64,000 nt of DNA, taken from Candidatus Gastranaerophilales bacterium (GTDB lineage Bacteria > Cyanobacteriota > Vampirovibrionia > Gastranaerophilales > Gastranaerophilaceae). A model generated the notes under the pieces. It was not told the origin of the DNA. It searched no databases and saw only the letters and a program-made list of their open reading frames with translations. A program made the position numbers and the translations under genes. Positions 28,548 to 38,336 of this stretch are shown here, piece after piece (within the stretch, counting starts at the first letter, position 1; each line of letters starts with the position of its first letter). The stretch spans positions 441,002-505,001 of the forward strand of contig CALVBN010000001.1 in assembly GCA_944325785.1 (NCBI GenBank), given 5' to 3'.

Positions 28548-30125
28548 ATGAAAATATCATTATCCAACATTAACCCTCAACTATTCGCATTTAGGGAGTC
28601 AAAGGCTCCTAAACAGAACAGCTTGGAAAAATCTCCTAACAAAGATACTTTTGAAATGTCTATAGGCTATGTAAATGATCTGCACGGACAGACTAATAAT
28701 ATGACAAGGATTTTGTCAGGTATAAGAGGGGATTTGAGGGTTTCTGCAGGCGATAATAATATCGGGGATGAAAAAAACAAAGCTGTTAATCTTGCTGTAA
28801 TAAAATTTATGAATATGGCGGGCATAAAGGGTTCTGCAGTCGGCAACCATGAATTAGATACTAAACAAAAAGACTTTGCTGACACTGCCGAAAAATTTAA
28901 AGGCGATTATTTTGCGCTAAACTTGAAACAAACGCCGATAGAAGATGAAGACGAAGGAGAGGTCGAAGAACAGGAGAGAACGCAGTTAGATAAAATCATT
29001 AAGAAGTCTGATATTATAGAAATCAAAGGGGAAAAAATCGGGCTTCTCGGAACGGCTCCGGTTGATTTATCAGAGCGTATAACACATCCTTCATATCATT
29101 CAGACTGCATGGTGGATGACTTGGAAGACAGTATTGAAGATATTCAAGAAGAAGTAAATAATCTGCGCTCGCAGGGCGTAAATAAGATAGTGCTTTTATC
29201 TCACCTTGGCAACGAGCGCGACAGAATTGTTGCTAAAAATACAGAAGGAATAGATGTAATTATAGGCGGTCATACGCACGAATTAATAAAAGGAATTACA
29301 GAGGGGGAAAATCTTTTGTATTCCAAAACCGGCGAACCGGTTATTATGACAGAGGCCGGTAAAAACGGAAATTATTTCGGCGAACTTAATCTGACGTTTG
29401 ATAAAGACGGTGTTATTACGAAGGCACAGAACAATCTTGGCGAAGCAAGAATGTTTCCTAAGAATATGATTAACCAATATATAATAAATCAGATATTGGG
29501 CGAGCCGGAAGTTGTAGGCTACATCAAATCTGTTACCCCTCCTCCGATGACTTTGATTGAGGAAAATGCGCACGCTAATTTTATGTGCGATGCAATGCGC
29601 CACGAACTCGGAGTGGACATTGCTATCTGGAATAACAGCGGAACAAGAAGCTTTTTCCAGGAAGGAGTAATTGATTCCCGCGATATTAAGGATATTGCAC
29701 CTTTTGAAGACAGAATCTCAGTAGCAGATGTTTCGGAAAAGAAGCTGGTTGATATGTTTAAGCATACAATAGAGGCAACATATCGAACACACGGCAATAA
29801 ACCGGGACTTTTAGCTGTTTCCGGTCTGCATTATACAGTAAATCCAAAAGCCGGAAAACTTACGGCAATGAGTTTTGTGGACAATAACAACATTGAACAT
29901 CCTATAGATATTGAAAATCCGAGAGAAGATAAGTTCTATAAAGTAGCACAGGACTCATTTATGATGTATGAAGGCGCTGATTTTGATATTCTGGCGCCGA
30001 AAGAAGAATGTATAAATTACCCGTTTAACAAGGATTTTCTAGCATGCGAGTACATCAAACACCTTAATAAACCTGTCGAAATAAACCAGACAGGCCGTAT
30101 CAAATTTGAAGAGGGTCAGGGGTAA
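28548..30125 (+). CDS. 5'-nucleotidase/UshA-family metallophosphoesterase, paralog 2
   Basis: YVNDLHG, SAGD, VGNHELD, LLSHLG, IIGGHTHE; colinear with paralog 1. Confidence 0.9.
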   Translation: MKISLSNINPQLFAFRESKAPKQNSLEKSPNKDTFEMSIGYVNDLHGQTNNMTRILSGIRGDLRVSAGDNNIGDEKNKAVNLAVIKFMNMAGIKGSAVGNHELDTKQKDFADTAEKFKGDYFALNLKQTPIEDEDEGEVEEQERTQLDKIIKKSDIIEIKGEKIGLLGTAPVDLSERITHPSYHSDCMVDDLEDSIEDIQEEVNNLRSQGVNKIVLLSHLGNERDRIVAKNTEGIDVIIGGHTHELIKGITEGENLLYSKTGEPVIMTEAGKNGNYFGELNLTFDKDGVITKAQNNLGEARMFPKNMINQYIINQILGEPEVVGYIKSVTPPPMTLIEENAHANFMCDAMRHELGVDIAIWNNSGTRSFFQEGVIDSRDIKDIAPFEDRISVADVSEKKLVDMFKHTIEATYRTHGNKPGLLAVSGLHYTVNPKAGKLTAMSFVDNNNIEHPIDIENPREDKFYKVAQDSFMMYEGADFDILAPKEECINYPFNKDFLACEYIKHLNKPVEINQTGRIKFEEGQG

Positions 30126-30275
30126 ATGGGAAATTTTTATTGTTGTATAATATACTATGAGGTAACTATTAGGTTTCATTCGAACTGCAAACGGATGAAT
30201 TGAGAAAAGTTTATAAATTTTTATAAGACTTGTTTGACTTATAATTAGGTAAAAGAATGGACTATTGGAGATTTT

Positions 30276-31142
30276 ATGAACATTTTTAATAATAATATTT
30301 TTAAATATTGTTTAGTCATAGTATTTATTATTTTATATTTTAAGTTTGGTATAATCGGACTACCTAAACCCAATATACAAATTATAATGGATTCAGAAAT
30401 ACAAGAAAATACTATCACAGAACCCACATATAAACTTTTTAACGATCTGTCACCAGACAGTACTGTTTATGGAATTGTTTCAAATTTAAAGACCTTGAAA
30501 AGCATACAATTTATAAAGATATATAACAAAACTTGTGATCCAAATACATATTTCCAAGATTGTAGACTCATAGGCGGTGACAAAAACTTTGCCGGAATAA
30601 AAACTGATGAAGTAAATATCGCAAGATATTTGAGCCGGATATATAGAAATGATATTAAGCAAGATTTTCAAACTATCGCAGGAAAGTACAAAATACCTTC
30701 TAATGATATGATTATTTACGCAGAACCAGTAATTATTAACAATGTTGAATTTAAATTAATTGCTAATTTAAAGTGTAATGGGTATTTATTTTATTTATCT
30801 CCATTATATTCTATTCAATATAATAGAATTTTTTATCCATATGTAATAAAAAATATTGAACTAATTCCAATAAATAATGAAGCAAATCTCTCTCTACTCA
30901 ATAAAAACAAAAAAGATTTGATAGCTCTTTATGATCAAAAATATAAATTTACTTTTAAAGATAGTGATGTCGGAATTTATTCAAATGATTTAATCAGCAT
31001 AAGGGCTTTTGATGAGAAGGACTTCACTATCAATTATTCAAATTTTTTATTTCTTGAACAAATAAAAAATGATGTTATAAAATATAAACAGGCAAAACAA
31101 ATAAAAACAAATAAAAATAACAATAATGCCAATCAAATATAG
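30276..31142 (+). CDS. Very AT-rich hypothetical membrane-anchored protein
   Basis: 288-aa ORF with a single N-terminal hydrophobic segment; no recognised motif. Confidence 0.7.
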   Translation: MNIFNNNIFKYCLVIVFIILYFKFGIIGLPKPNIQIIMDSEIQENTITEPTYKLFNDLSPDSTVYGIVSNLKTLKSIQFIKIYNKTCDPNTYFQDCRLIGGDKNFAGIKTDEVNIARYLSRIYRNDIKQDFQTIAGKYKIPSNDMIIYAEPVIINNVEFKLIANLKCNGYLFYLSPLYSIQYNRIFYPYVIKNIELIPINNEANLSLLNKNKKDLIALYDQKYKFTFKDSDVGIYSNDLISIRAFDEKDFTINYSNFLFLEQIKNDVIKYKQAKQIKTNKNNNNANQI

Positions 31143-31152
31143 TTACAATGTC

Positions 31153-31173
31153 GTAGGTTGTGTGAAACACAAC
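31153..31173 (+). repeat. GTAG-family REP-like palindrome
   Basis: GTAG-GTTGTG-tgaaa-CACAAC. Confidence 0.65.
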
Positions 31174-31183
31174 ATTAACTTTA

Positions 31184-32086
31184 TCAAATAATTTCCTTTA
31201 TCGCTTTATGCAGATATTTAGGCAGGTCGGATGCAAGAACTGAATATTCGGTTAAATCTTCGGATGCAATTTCTCCGGTGCGGGAATGAAGATATACTCC
31301 GAGTTTTGCAGTTTCAAATAAATTTAAATTGTTATTCCCCTCTCTATTTACCCCATCTCTATTTACCCCCTCTCTGTTTACCACTTCTTTATTTATCCCT
31401 GTTCTATTTACCCCTAATCCATTTACCCCTTGAGCAAGAAGTCCTGCAATTATGCCTGCAAGAACATCGCCGGAACCGGCTTTTGCCAGCGCTGAATTGC
31501 CATGCCGGTTAATGAATAAATTATCATGATTACTGATTATCGTTCTGTGTGTTTTTAATACCGCAGTACAGTTGTATTTTTCCGAAAGTTTTCTGGCGCT
31601 TCCTTCCAAATCATCTAAAACTTCCTTGAGGGTTATGCCCAAAAGCCTTGAAGCTTCAAGAGGGTGCGGGGTTATAATAGTGTTTTTCGGAAGTTTTATA
31701 TCTATCCAGCTTAAAATATTCAAACCGTCTGCATCTATTACAGCCGGAATTTCTGTATTATTTATTTTATTAATAACTTTTTTGAATAAATCTTTGGATT
31801 TTTTCTCTAAGCCAAGCCCGCATCCTATAAGGACTACAGAGAAATCTTGTATCTGTTTTATTCCCTCTTTTCGCGAAAGATAAACAGCCTCCGGTAAAAG
31901 GGTTGAAACAGAGCGGATAATATCTTTTTCGCTTGCAAGCGCAACGAAACCGCCACCTATTTTTAATACGGATACTGTAGATAAATAAGAGGCTCCGATG
32001 TAATTTTTTGAACCGGAAAAATTCAGAACTTTTCCGAAAGTTCCTTTATTTGAATTCTGTTCGCGTTCTGGCATTTTATAATCCAA
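31184..32086 (-). CDS. nnrD: ADP-dependent NAD(P)H-hydrate dehydratase with in-frame repeat insertion
   Basis: NKGTFGKVL, IGCGLG, IDADGL, ITPHPLEASRL, LAKAGSGDVLAG. Confidence 0.95.
   Translation of the reverse strand: MDYKMPEREQNSNKGTFGKVLNFSGSKNYIGASYLSTVSVLKIGGGFVALASEKDIIRSVSTLLPEAVYLSRKEGIKQIQDFSVVLIGCGLGLEKKSKDLFKKVINKINNTEIPAVIDADGLNILSWIDIKLPKNTIITPHPLEASRLLGITLKEVLDDLEGSARKLSEKYNCTAVLKTHRTIISNHDNLFINRHGNSALAKAGSGDVLAGIIAGLLAQGVNGLGVNRTGINKEVVNREGVNRDGVNREGNNNLNLFETAKLGVYLHSRTGEIASEDLTEYSVLASDLPKYLHKAIKEII
31332..31430 (-). repeat. GGGGTAAAT-family 15-bp tandem array inside nnrD
   Basis: About six 15-bp units encoding GVNGL-GVNRT-GINKE-VVNRE-GVNRD-GVNRE. Confidence 0.9.
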
Positions 32087-32519
32087 TTTGTCTTATCACC
32101 TCATATGCTGTTATTGCAACCGAATTTGATAAATTTAGGCTTCTCTGTCCTTCTTTCATCGGAATAGTTATTGCTGTATCTTGTGTAACATATTCCATAG
32201 GTAGTCCGCGGGATTCCGGACCAAAAACAATAAAATCATTTTCCTTAAATTTAATGTCTGTGTATTTTTTCTTTGATTTGGTTGTCAGATAATAAAATGT
32301 ACCATTAGGAAACATTTGGAACAACTCCTCCATAGAGTTAATTCTATGCAGATCAACAGAGTCCCAATAGTCCATTCCCGCACGTTTGGTATATTTATCC
32401 GTCAGGGCAAACCCGAGTTTGCCAACCAGATACAAAGATGCACCCGTACAGGCGCATAATCTTGCTATGTTTCCTGTATTCTGCGGAATTTCCGGTTCAT
32501 ATAGTACAACATTGAACAT
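32076..32519 (-). CDS. trmL: tRNA (cytidine(34)-2'-O)-methyltransferase
   Basis: VVLYEPEIPQNTGNIARLC, FGPESRGLP, RSLNLSN. Confidence 0.96.
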   Translation of the reverse strand: MFNVVLYEPEIPQNTGNIARLCACTGASLYLVGKLGFALTDKYTKRAGMDYWDSVDLHRINSMEELFQMFPNGTFYYLTTKSKKKYTDIKFKENDFIVFGPESRGLPMEYVTQDTAITIPMKEGQRSLNLSNSVAITAYEVIRQIGL

Positions 32520-33106
32520 TATTTTTTCTCAAATAAATATTTTGACTCAATAATAACTGGCAATCCTCTTACTACGCAGAATACAATTGCGAAAATTGCT
32601 GCCCAGTAGCCGATTGTCCAGATAATTTCTCTATGCGGGCAGACAGGCATTTTTGCAGTAATAATTAATATAAAAGCCAGAACTTTAGCTACTGCATAGC
32701 TTATTCTCATAAATTTGGAACCTGTAATAAACTTGCAGACAGGATTAACCTGCATTCCAAAAGGTGTAAGTCCGTGTTCCATAGCAGCGCTTCTTATTGT
32801 ATCAGTAATAAATCCTCTTGTAATAGCAATCAAGGGGAATAAAATATTTAGCCAGCCCATAACTGCAAATAAAATCCAGTAAGTGTTTTCTACAATTCTA
32901 TCGCCCATAATATCTAAAAGCGCGCCGAATTTTGATTCTTCGTGGAGTTTTCTTGCAACATACCCGTCAACACCGTCAAGAGCGAAAGCCAAAATTGTCA
33001 ACCCGAGCGCCCATAAATATGCCGGAGTATTTCCCTGGCATGTGTATATAAGATACACCGCAAAGAACATTACAAAGATTCTGAATATTGATATAAAGTT
33101 TGCCAT
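32519..33106 (-). CDS. CDP-alcohol phosphatidyltransferase (PgsA-like)
   Basis: DGVDGYVARKL...FGALLDIMGD family motif. Confidence 0.92.
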   Translation of the reverse strand: MANFISIFRIFVMFFAVYLIYTCQGNTPAYLWALGLTILAFALDGVDGYVARKLHEESKFGALLDIMGDRIVENTYWILFAVMGWLNILFPLIAITRGFITDTIRSAAMEHGLTPFGMQVNPVCKFITGSKFMRISYAVAKVLAFILIITAKMPVCPHREIIWTIGYWAAIFAIVFCVVRGLPVIIESKYLFEKK

Positions 33107-33130
33107 TTTGGACTCCTTGTTTAAGTTATT

Positions 33131-33151
33131 GTCGGGCAGTGCCCGACCTAC
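33131..33151 (-). repeat. GTAG-family REP-like palindrome
   Basis: Minus strand GTAG-GTCGGGCA-c-TGCCCGAC. Confidence 0.7.
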
Positions 33152-33183
33152 ATTCTATATTTGAAGATGTTTTTCGATTCACT

Positions 33184-33204
33184 ATTCACGAATCACAATT
33201 CACG
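33184..33204. repeat. 7-bp TCAC-core tandem repeat
   Basis: attcacg-aatcaca-attcacg. Confidence 0.6.
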
Positions 33205-33207
33205 AGC

Positions 33208-34206
33208 TTAAACTTTCATTCTTGAAAGAGCAAAATCTTTCTTATTCAAATCTTCAACTTTTGAGCCGAGCATAATTCTTTCTGCTTCTTCAAGAACGCT
33301 TACAACCGCATATCCGTTAGCGCCGTCTGAACGGGCTTTTTGACCGGAAGCACAGCAGTTAACAAAATGCTGGCATGCAAGTTTCAGAGGTTCTATTTCG
33401 AGATAATCCAGCGCATAGTTCTGCGTATTTGCAGGAACAAAATTGTCATATACTTTCAATTTATCTGCAGGCGCAGTATCATCAAACATTGCTGTAGCCT
33501 TTGTTCCTCTTACAAGAAGTGTTACGTGTTTTTGAGGTGTAATCCAGCTGTCAGAGATATGTGCAATCATTCCGCCTTCAAACTCAATGCCGAGATGCGT
33601 TATATCCATAATATCATTTCTTTCGGAAGAGCATCCTATTGCAGATATAACTTTTACAGGGCTTTTTCCCGTCACATAAGCTATCATTGAAACATCATGC
33701 GGTGCTAAATCCCACATTACACTTCTGTCATTTTTATGATAATTAACATTCAGCCTGTCGCTTTGAGCATAGACTAAATCACCTAAAACGCCTTCTTCAA
33801 TAAGCATTTTTAATCTGTTTACCGCAGGATGATAAAGAAGCAGATGGTCAACCATAAGAACAAGCCCTTTTGATTCGGCAAGTTCTGTTAAAACTTTTGC
33901 TTCTTCCGCTACGGTAGAAATCGGTTTTTCCACATACACGTTTTTGCCTGCTTCAAGCATAGCTTTTACTATTTTAAAATGTGTATGGCTTGGAGTTACG
34001 ACAGCTACTCCGGTGATTGAAGAATCATTAATAATATTATTAAAATCTTTAGTAACTTTTACTCCCGGAAATTGTTCCTGCACAGTTTTTAAGGATTCGT
34101 CATCCAAATCGCAGACAGTATCAAGCACCCCGAGATTATAAAAGTTGCGGACAATATTGCGTCCCCACATGCCAAAGCCTATAACTGCAATTTTTTGTTC
34201 TTTCAT
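33208..34206 (-). CDS. Gfo/Idh/MocA-family oxidoreductase (nucleotide-sugar dehydrogenase-like)
   Basis: IGFGMWG, VYVEKP, MVDHLLLYHP, WDLAPHD. Confidence 0.93.
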   Translation of the reverse strand: MKEQKIAVIGFGMWGRNIVRNFYNLGVLDTVCDLDDESLKTVQEQFPGVKVTKDFNNIINDSSITGVAVVTPSHTHFKIVKAMLEAGKNVYVEKPISTVAEEAKVLTELAESKGLVLMVDHLLLYHPAVNRLKMLIEEGVLGDLVYAQSDRLNVNYHKNDRSVMWDLAPHDVSMIAYVTGKSPVKVISAIGCSSERNDIMDITHLGIEFEGGMIAHISDSWITPQKHVTLLVRGTKATAMFDDTAPADKLKVYDNFVPANTQNYALDYLEIEPLKLACQHFVNCCASGQKARSDGANGYAVVSVLEEAERIMLGSKVEDLNKKDFALSRMKV

Positions 34207-34324
34207 ACTTAAAATTCCCCTATAAAAAAATTATATTACAACGAAATTTTTCCGTAAAGTGGAGAATATTAAATTTTGATAAAGTTTATTTCACTACCCG
34301 CTTGTAGCTTTACTTCCTAGTATT

Positions 34325-34428
34325 GTAGGGTGCAAATTTTTGCACCAATAATTATTTTAAAATTAACGTTTTTTTGAAAATATTAATTATTTAAGATATT
34401 GGTGTCGGTGCAAAAATTTGCACCCTAC
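34325..34428. repeat. REPIN-like inverted doublet of GTAG-family REPs
   Basis: GTAGGGTGCAAATTTTTGCACC (34325-34346) and its exact reverse complement (34407-34428). Confidence 0.85.
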
Positions 34429-34549
34429 GACTGCCTTTTATTATTGCAATGTTTTACTCATCCAGCTTGTAGCTTCACCTTTGAGGGAGACACCGCGTTT
34501 TAATCCCTGCCAGTAGTCATACAAAATGTCTCCCGATGTACTTATATAT

Positions 34550-34594
34550 ATTTCCCCCCCCCTCATTTACCCCCCTCTCATTTACCCCCCCTCT
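34550..34594 (-). repeat. GGGGTAAAT-family 15-bp array (intergenic)
   Basis: ATTTCC/ATTTAC cores at 34550, 34565 and 34580, each followed by a C-run. Confidence 0.75.
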
Positions 34595-34668
34595 TGAAAT
34601 TTTATTTTGTTAGCAATATAAAAGTATTTGGTAAAATTAGTAAAATAGTTTTGGGAATGTAAATAGTT

Positions 34669-36654
34669 ATGGAAATTTATTTTTTAGCTTTAGGAATGCT
34701 GTTTGCGGGAGCTTTAGTTTCTGCTGCAGTCAAAGAACAATGGAAATTTAAAATTTGTTCTGTTTTTAGTTTAATTGCATCTGCTATGTTGTTTATACCG
34801 GCAGCTGCAGTTTTATTAACAGGAGGAACTCTCAAGCAGACTGTTTATATGTCGCCTATTTTGGGTAATGTGGAGTTTGTTATTGATCCTCTGTCAGCAT
34901 TTTTTGTAATGGTTATTTCCGTTATGAGTTTATTGGGAACAATATATGCTAACGGATATATGAAACCGTATTTAAATAAAGGAATGAATGTTTCATCACA
35001 TTGTTTCTTTTTAATGATGTTAATTACTTCTATGATTCTGGTTGTTACAGTCCAGAATGCTTTGTTCTTCCTCATTGTATGGGAATTGATGTCACTTTCA
35101 TCATTTTTCCTTGTTATCTTTGAGGGCGAAAAGAAGGAAGTTATTTCAGCTGGTATCAAATATTTAGTTTATATGCATTTGTCTGTAATATTTATTATTG
35201 CAGCTTTTGTTTTACTAAATATTCAATCAAACAGTTTAAGTTTTGCAGATTTTGCAGCTGTATTGCAGAATAATGCAAACCTTGCAAATATAGTTTTCTT
35301 GCTGGCATTTACCGGTTTTGGCATAAAGGCTGGATTTGTTCCGTTTCACAACTGGCTTCCGGATGCCCATCCGGCGGCTCCGAGCCATGTTTCCGGAATT
35401 ATGTCCGGCGTTATGATAAAAACAGGTATTTATGGAATATTGAGAGTTTTGTTATTTGTTGGGACTCCTTCCAAGCTGGTTTCTTATACGGTGCTTATTA
35501 TTTCCGTAATATCTGCTTTATATGGTGTTTTATATGCTATAACCCAGCACGATATAAAAAGACTGCTTGCTTATCACAGTATTGAAAACATCGGAATCAT
35601 CGGCATCGGAATCGGAGCCGGCATGCTCGGGCTTGCATATTCAAATCCGGTAGTTGCAGCTTTGGGCTTTGCTGGAGGTATTTTACATATACTTAACCAC
35701 TCTATATTTAAAGAGCTTCTGTTCTTTGCAGCAGGCAGCGTATACTTAAAGACTCATACAAGAAATATAGAAAAGCTTGGTGGGCTTATTAAAAACATGC
35801 CTTATACAGGTTTGATGTTTATAATCGGTTCTGTTGCAATCTGCGGTTTGCCGCCGTTTAACGGATTTATAAGTGAATTTTTGATTTATGCGGGTATGCT
35901 TCAAGGAGTTCCTGCTTCAGAAATCAATTTATTTATAACATTAATATTTGCTATTGCAGGTCTTGCAATGGTCGGAACAATGGCAATATTATGCTTTACA
36001 AAAGCTTCCGGTATTACATTCTTAGGTAATCCGAGGAGCGAAAATGCAATGAATGTTCAAGGAGATGTTTCAAGAGTAATGATTATACCTATGGGAATTC
36101 TTGCATTTTTGACATTCTTTATCGGAATGTATCCGCAGTATTTTATAGGCGCAGTACTGGTTCCTGTTTTTATGTTTATAAAAAACGAAGCTGTTATGCC
36201 GGTATTTAATTCCGTAATGGAATTAGTCAGTGTATTAAGCTGGTACTTCTTTATATTCTTAATAATGGTTCTTGTATTGTTTGCTTTAAGAGCCGTTCTT
36301 AACAGAAAAACGCAAATTCATAATACATGGGGATGCGGTTATGACAGGGCAAACAATCATATGCAATATACGGCATCTTCTTATGCGGATTTATTTATTT
36401 CTACATTAAAACCGTTATTTAAACGTGTTACTCATATTAAAAAACCTAAGGAATTATTCCCGAAGGAAGCATATTATGAGCTTGAAATTGAAGATATCGA
36501 AGAAGCATATATTGTTAAACCGCTTGTTATGTGGGATGAAAAACTTCTTGCAAAATTTGAAAGAATTCAAAGCGGTAACATTCAGCAGTATATTTTATTC
36601 GGATTAATATTCTTGATATTAGCAATAGTCGGAATGATTTACTTTGGGGGTTAG
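34669..36654 (+). CDS. hyfB: HyfB-like proton-translocating membrane subunit (Ehr complex)
   Basis: WELMSLSS, GIKAGFVPFHNWLPDAHPAAPS, RLLAYHSIENIG, TWGCGY. Confidence 0.92.
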   Translation: MEIYFLALGMLFAGALVSAAVKEQWKFKICSVFSLIASAMLFIPAAAVLLTGGTLKQTVYMSPILGNVEFVIDPLSAFFVMVISVMSLLGTIYANGYMKPYLNKGMNVSSHCFFLMMLITSMILVVTVQNALFFLIVWELMSLSSFFLVIFEGEKKEVISAGIKYLVYMHLSVIFIIAAFVLLNIQSNSLSFADFAAVLQNNANLANIVFLLAFTGFGIKAGFVPFHNWLPDAHPAAPSHVSGIMSGVMIKTGIYGILRVLLFVGTPSKLVSYTVLIISVISALYGVLYAITQHDIKRLLAYHSIENIGIIGIGIGAGMLGLAYSNPVVAALGFAGGILHILNHSIFKELLFFAAGSVYLKTHTRNIEKLGGLIKNMPYTGLMFIIGSVAICGLPPFNGFISEFLIYAGMLQGVPASEINLFITLIFAIAGLAMVGTMAILCFTKASGITFLGNPRSENAMNVQGDVSRVMIIPMGILAFLTFFIGMYPQYFIGAVLVPVFMFIKNEAVMPVFNSVMELVSVLSWYFFIFLIMVLVLFALRAVLNRKTQIHNTWGCGYDRANNHMQYTASSYADLFISTLKPLFKRVTHIKKPKELFPKEAYYELEIEDIEEAYIVKPLVMWDEKLLAKFERIQSGNIQQYILFGLIFLILAIVGMIYFGG

Positions 36655-36656
36655 AA

Positions 36657-37574
36657 ATGATTAGTTTGTTAATAAATATATTAATACTTTTATTTGTGCC
36701 TTTCTTAATGATAGGTGTAATAAAAAAGACAAAAGCCTTTTGGGCAGGACGCAAGGGTGTAAGTATTATGCAGCCGCTGTGGGATTTCTTAAGACTTATG
36801 AAAAAAGATTCCGTTATTAGCGAAACAACTTCATGGGTGTTTAAGTTTGCACCGGTTGCGGGATTTGCTTCAATATTGTTTGCGGCGCTTTTTGTACCGC
36901 TTGTAGCAGGCAAACCGATATTTAATATCCCGTTTGCGTTTGTTGTTTTTTCTTACATTCTCGGGTTTGGCAAATTCTTCTCATTAATTGCCGCTTTAGA
37001 TACAGGAAGCAGTTTTGAGGGAATGGGAGCTTCAAGAGAAGCGTGTTTTTCAACAATTGTAGAACCCGCCTTCTTTATCGGAATGGCATCAATTGCGGCT
37101 TTAAGCCAGAATTATACATTTGAAAGTTTAAGATTGATACTCAAAAACGCCGGAACTTACGGATATTTGATTATTGCATTATTGGCAGTTACTTTGTTTA
37201 TAATGCTTTTAATCGAATGCTGCAGGGTTCCTGTTGATGATCCTACTACACACCTGGAGTTAACGATGATACACGAAGTTATGATATTGGATAACTCCGG
37301 TGCAGATTTAGGCTTAATCACATGGGGTTCTGCAATCAAAATGTTTTTGTTTGAGGCTTTGATTGCAAATCTTATATTGCCGGTATCTTTGCACGGCTGG
37401 ATGGCGCTTGCTGCATTCCTTGCTGTTGTATTTATACTTGCAGTGATTGTCGGAACGGTAGAATCTTCTATGGCAAGATTCAGAATGACCCACGTTTTTG
37501 AATTCATATTCATTATGTCTATTACGGCGCTTATAATACTTGCGCTTGTGACATACAGAATGTACGGCGGATAA
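36657..37574 (+). CDS. hyfC: HyfC/HycD (NuoH-like) membrane subunit
   Basis: LDTGSSFEGMGASRE, ECCRVPVDDPTTHLELTMIHE, ESSMAR. Confidence 0.92.
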   Translation: MISLLINILILLFVPFLMIGVIKKTKAFWAGRKGVSIMQPLWDFLRLMKKDSVISETTSWVFKFAPVAGFASILFAALFVPLVAGKPIFNIPFAFVVFSYILGFGKFFSLIAALDTGSSFEGMGASREACFSTIVEPAFFIGMASIAALSQNYTFESLRLILKNAGTYGYLIIALLAVTLFIMLLIECCRVPVDDPTTHLELTMIHEVMILDNSGADLGLITWGSAIKMFLFEALIANLILPVSLHGWMALAAFLAVVFILAVIVGTVESSMARFRMTHVFEFIFIMSITALIILALVTYRMYGG

Positions 37575-37628
37575 GGCGTGAAGAATACTCTAAAAATGGC
37601 AAAGGATAGACAAAGGAAAATATAGATT

Positions 37629-38336
37629 ATGGAAAATATTTTTATAATTTTATTAGGATTATCAATGATATACATAGCAGCAACAAGCCGTTTGGCAGCG
37701 CATGTTAATATGCTTATTGCGCAGGGCTGGCTGTTGTTCTTTGTATGTTTATCCGGTTTTGCAAAAGAACCATGGTTTAACTGGCATATGATTGCAAGCA
37801 CCGGAAATATTGCAGAAAACATGCCTCATATTATCGGATTTTTGTTTGTAATAGTTGAAACACTGATTGTAAAGGCAATTGTTATACCTGTATTTCTTAA
37901 AAAAGTTTTAAATAAAACACAGGCGCATAGAGATACGGATGCAAATATTCCTCATTTCTATTGTCTTGTTATTGCAAGCATTATCTTATTCGGAGGATTT
38001 CTGGTTGCTAATATAGCGGCTCCGGAATTTAAGATGGTGGACGGAATGTATTTCGGTGTTTCTATTGCAATAATTATTACAAGCTTGTGGCTGATTACAA
38101 TTAAACATAAAGTTTTATCAAATGTTATTGGTTTTATAACAATGGAAAACGGGATTTTTCTTCTTTCCCTTTCTGTAGCTAAAGAAATGCCGATTATTGT
38201 TAATTTAGGCGTATTGCTTGATATCTTTATTGCGGTATTTATACTCGGTATGCTTGTTAATGAAATTAATAACGAATTTGAAGATTTGGAAGTTGCACAT
38301 TTATCAGACTTAAAGGACTACGAATACAATGATTAA
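37629..38336 (+). CDS. hyfE: HyfE-like membrane subunit
   Basis: Hydrophobic protein, IGFITMENGIFL motif; operon position. Confidence 0.85.
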   Translation: MENIFIILLGLSMIYIAATSRLAAHVNMLIAQGWLLFFVCLSGFAKEPWFNWHMIASTGNIAENMPHIIGFLFVIVETLIVKAIVIPVFLKKVLNKTQAHRDTDANIPHFYCLVIASIILFGGFLVANIAAPEFKMVDGMYFGVSIAIIITSLWLITIKHKVLSNVIGFITMENGIFLLSLSVAKEMPIIVNLGVLLDIFIAVFILGMLVNEINNEFEDLEVAHLSDLKDYEYND

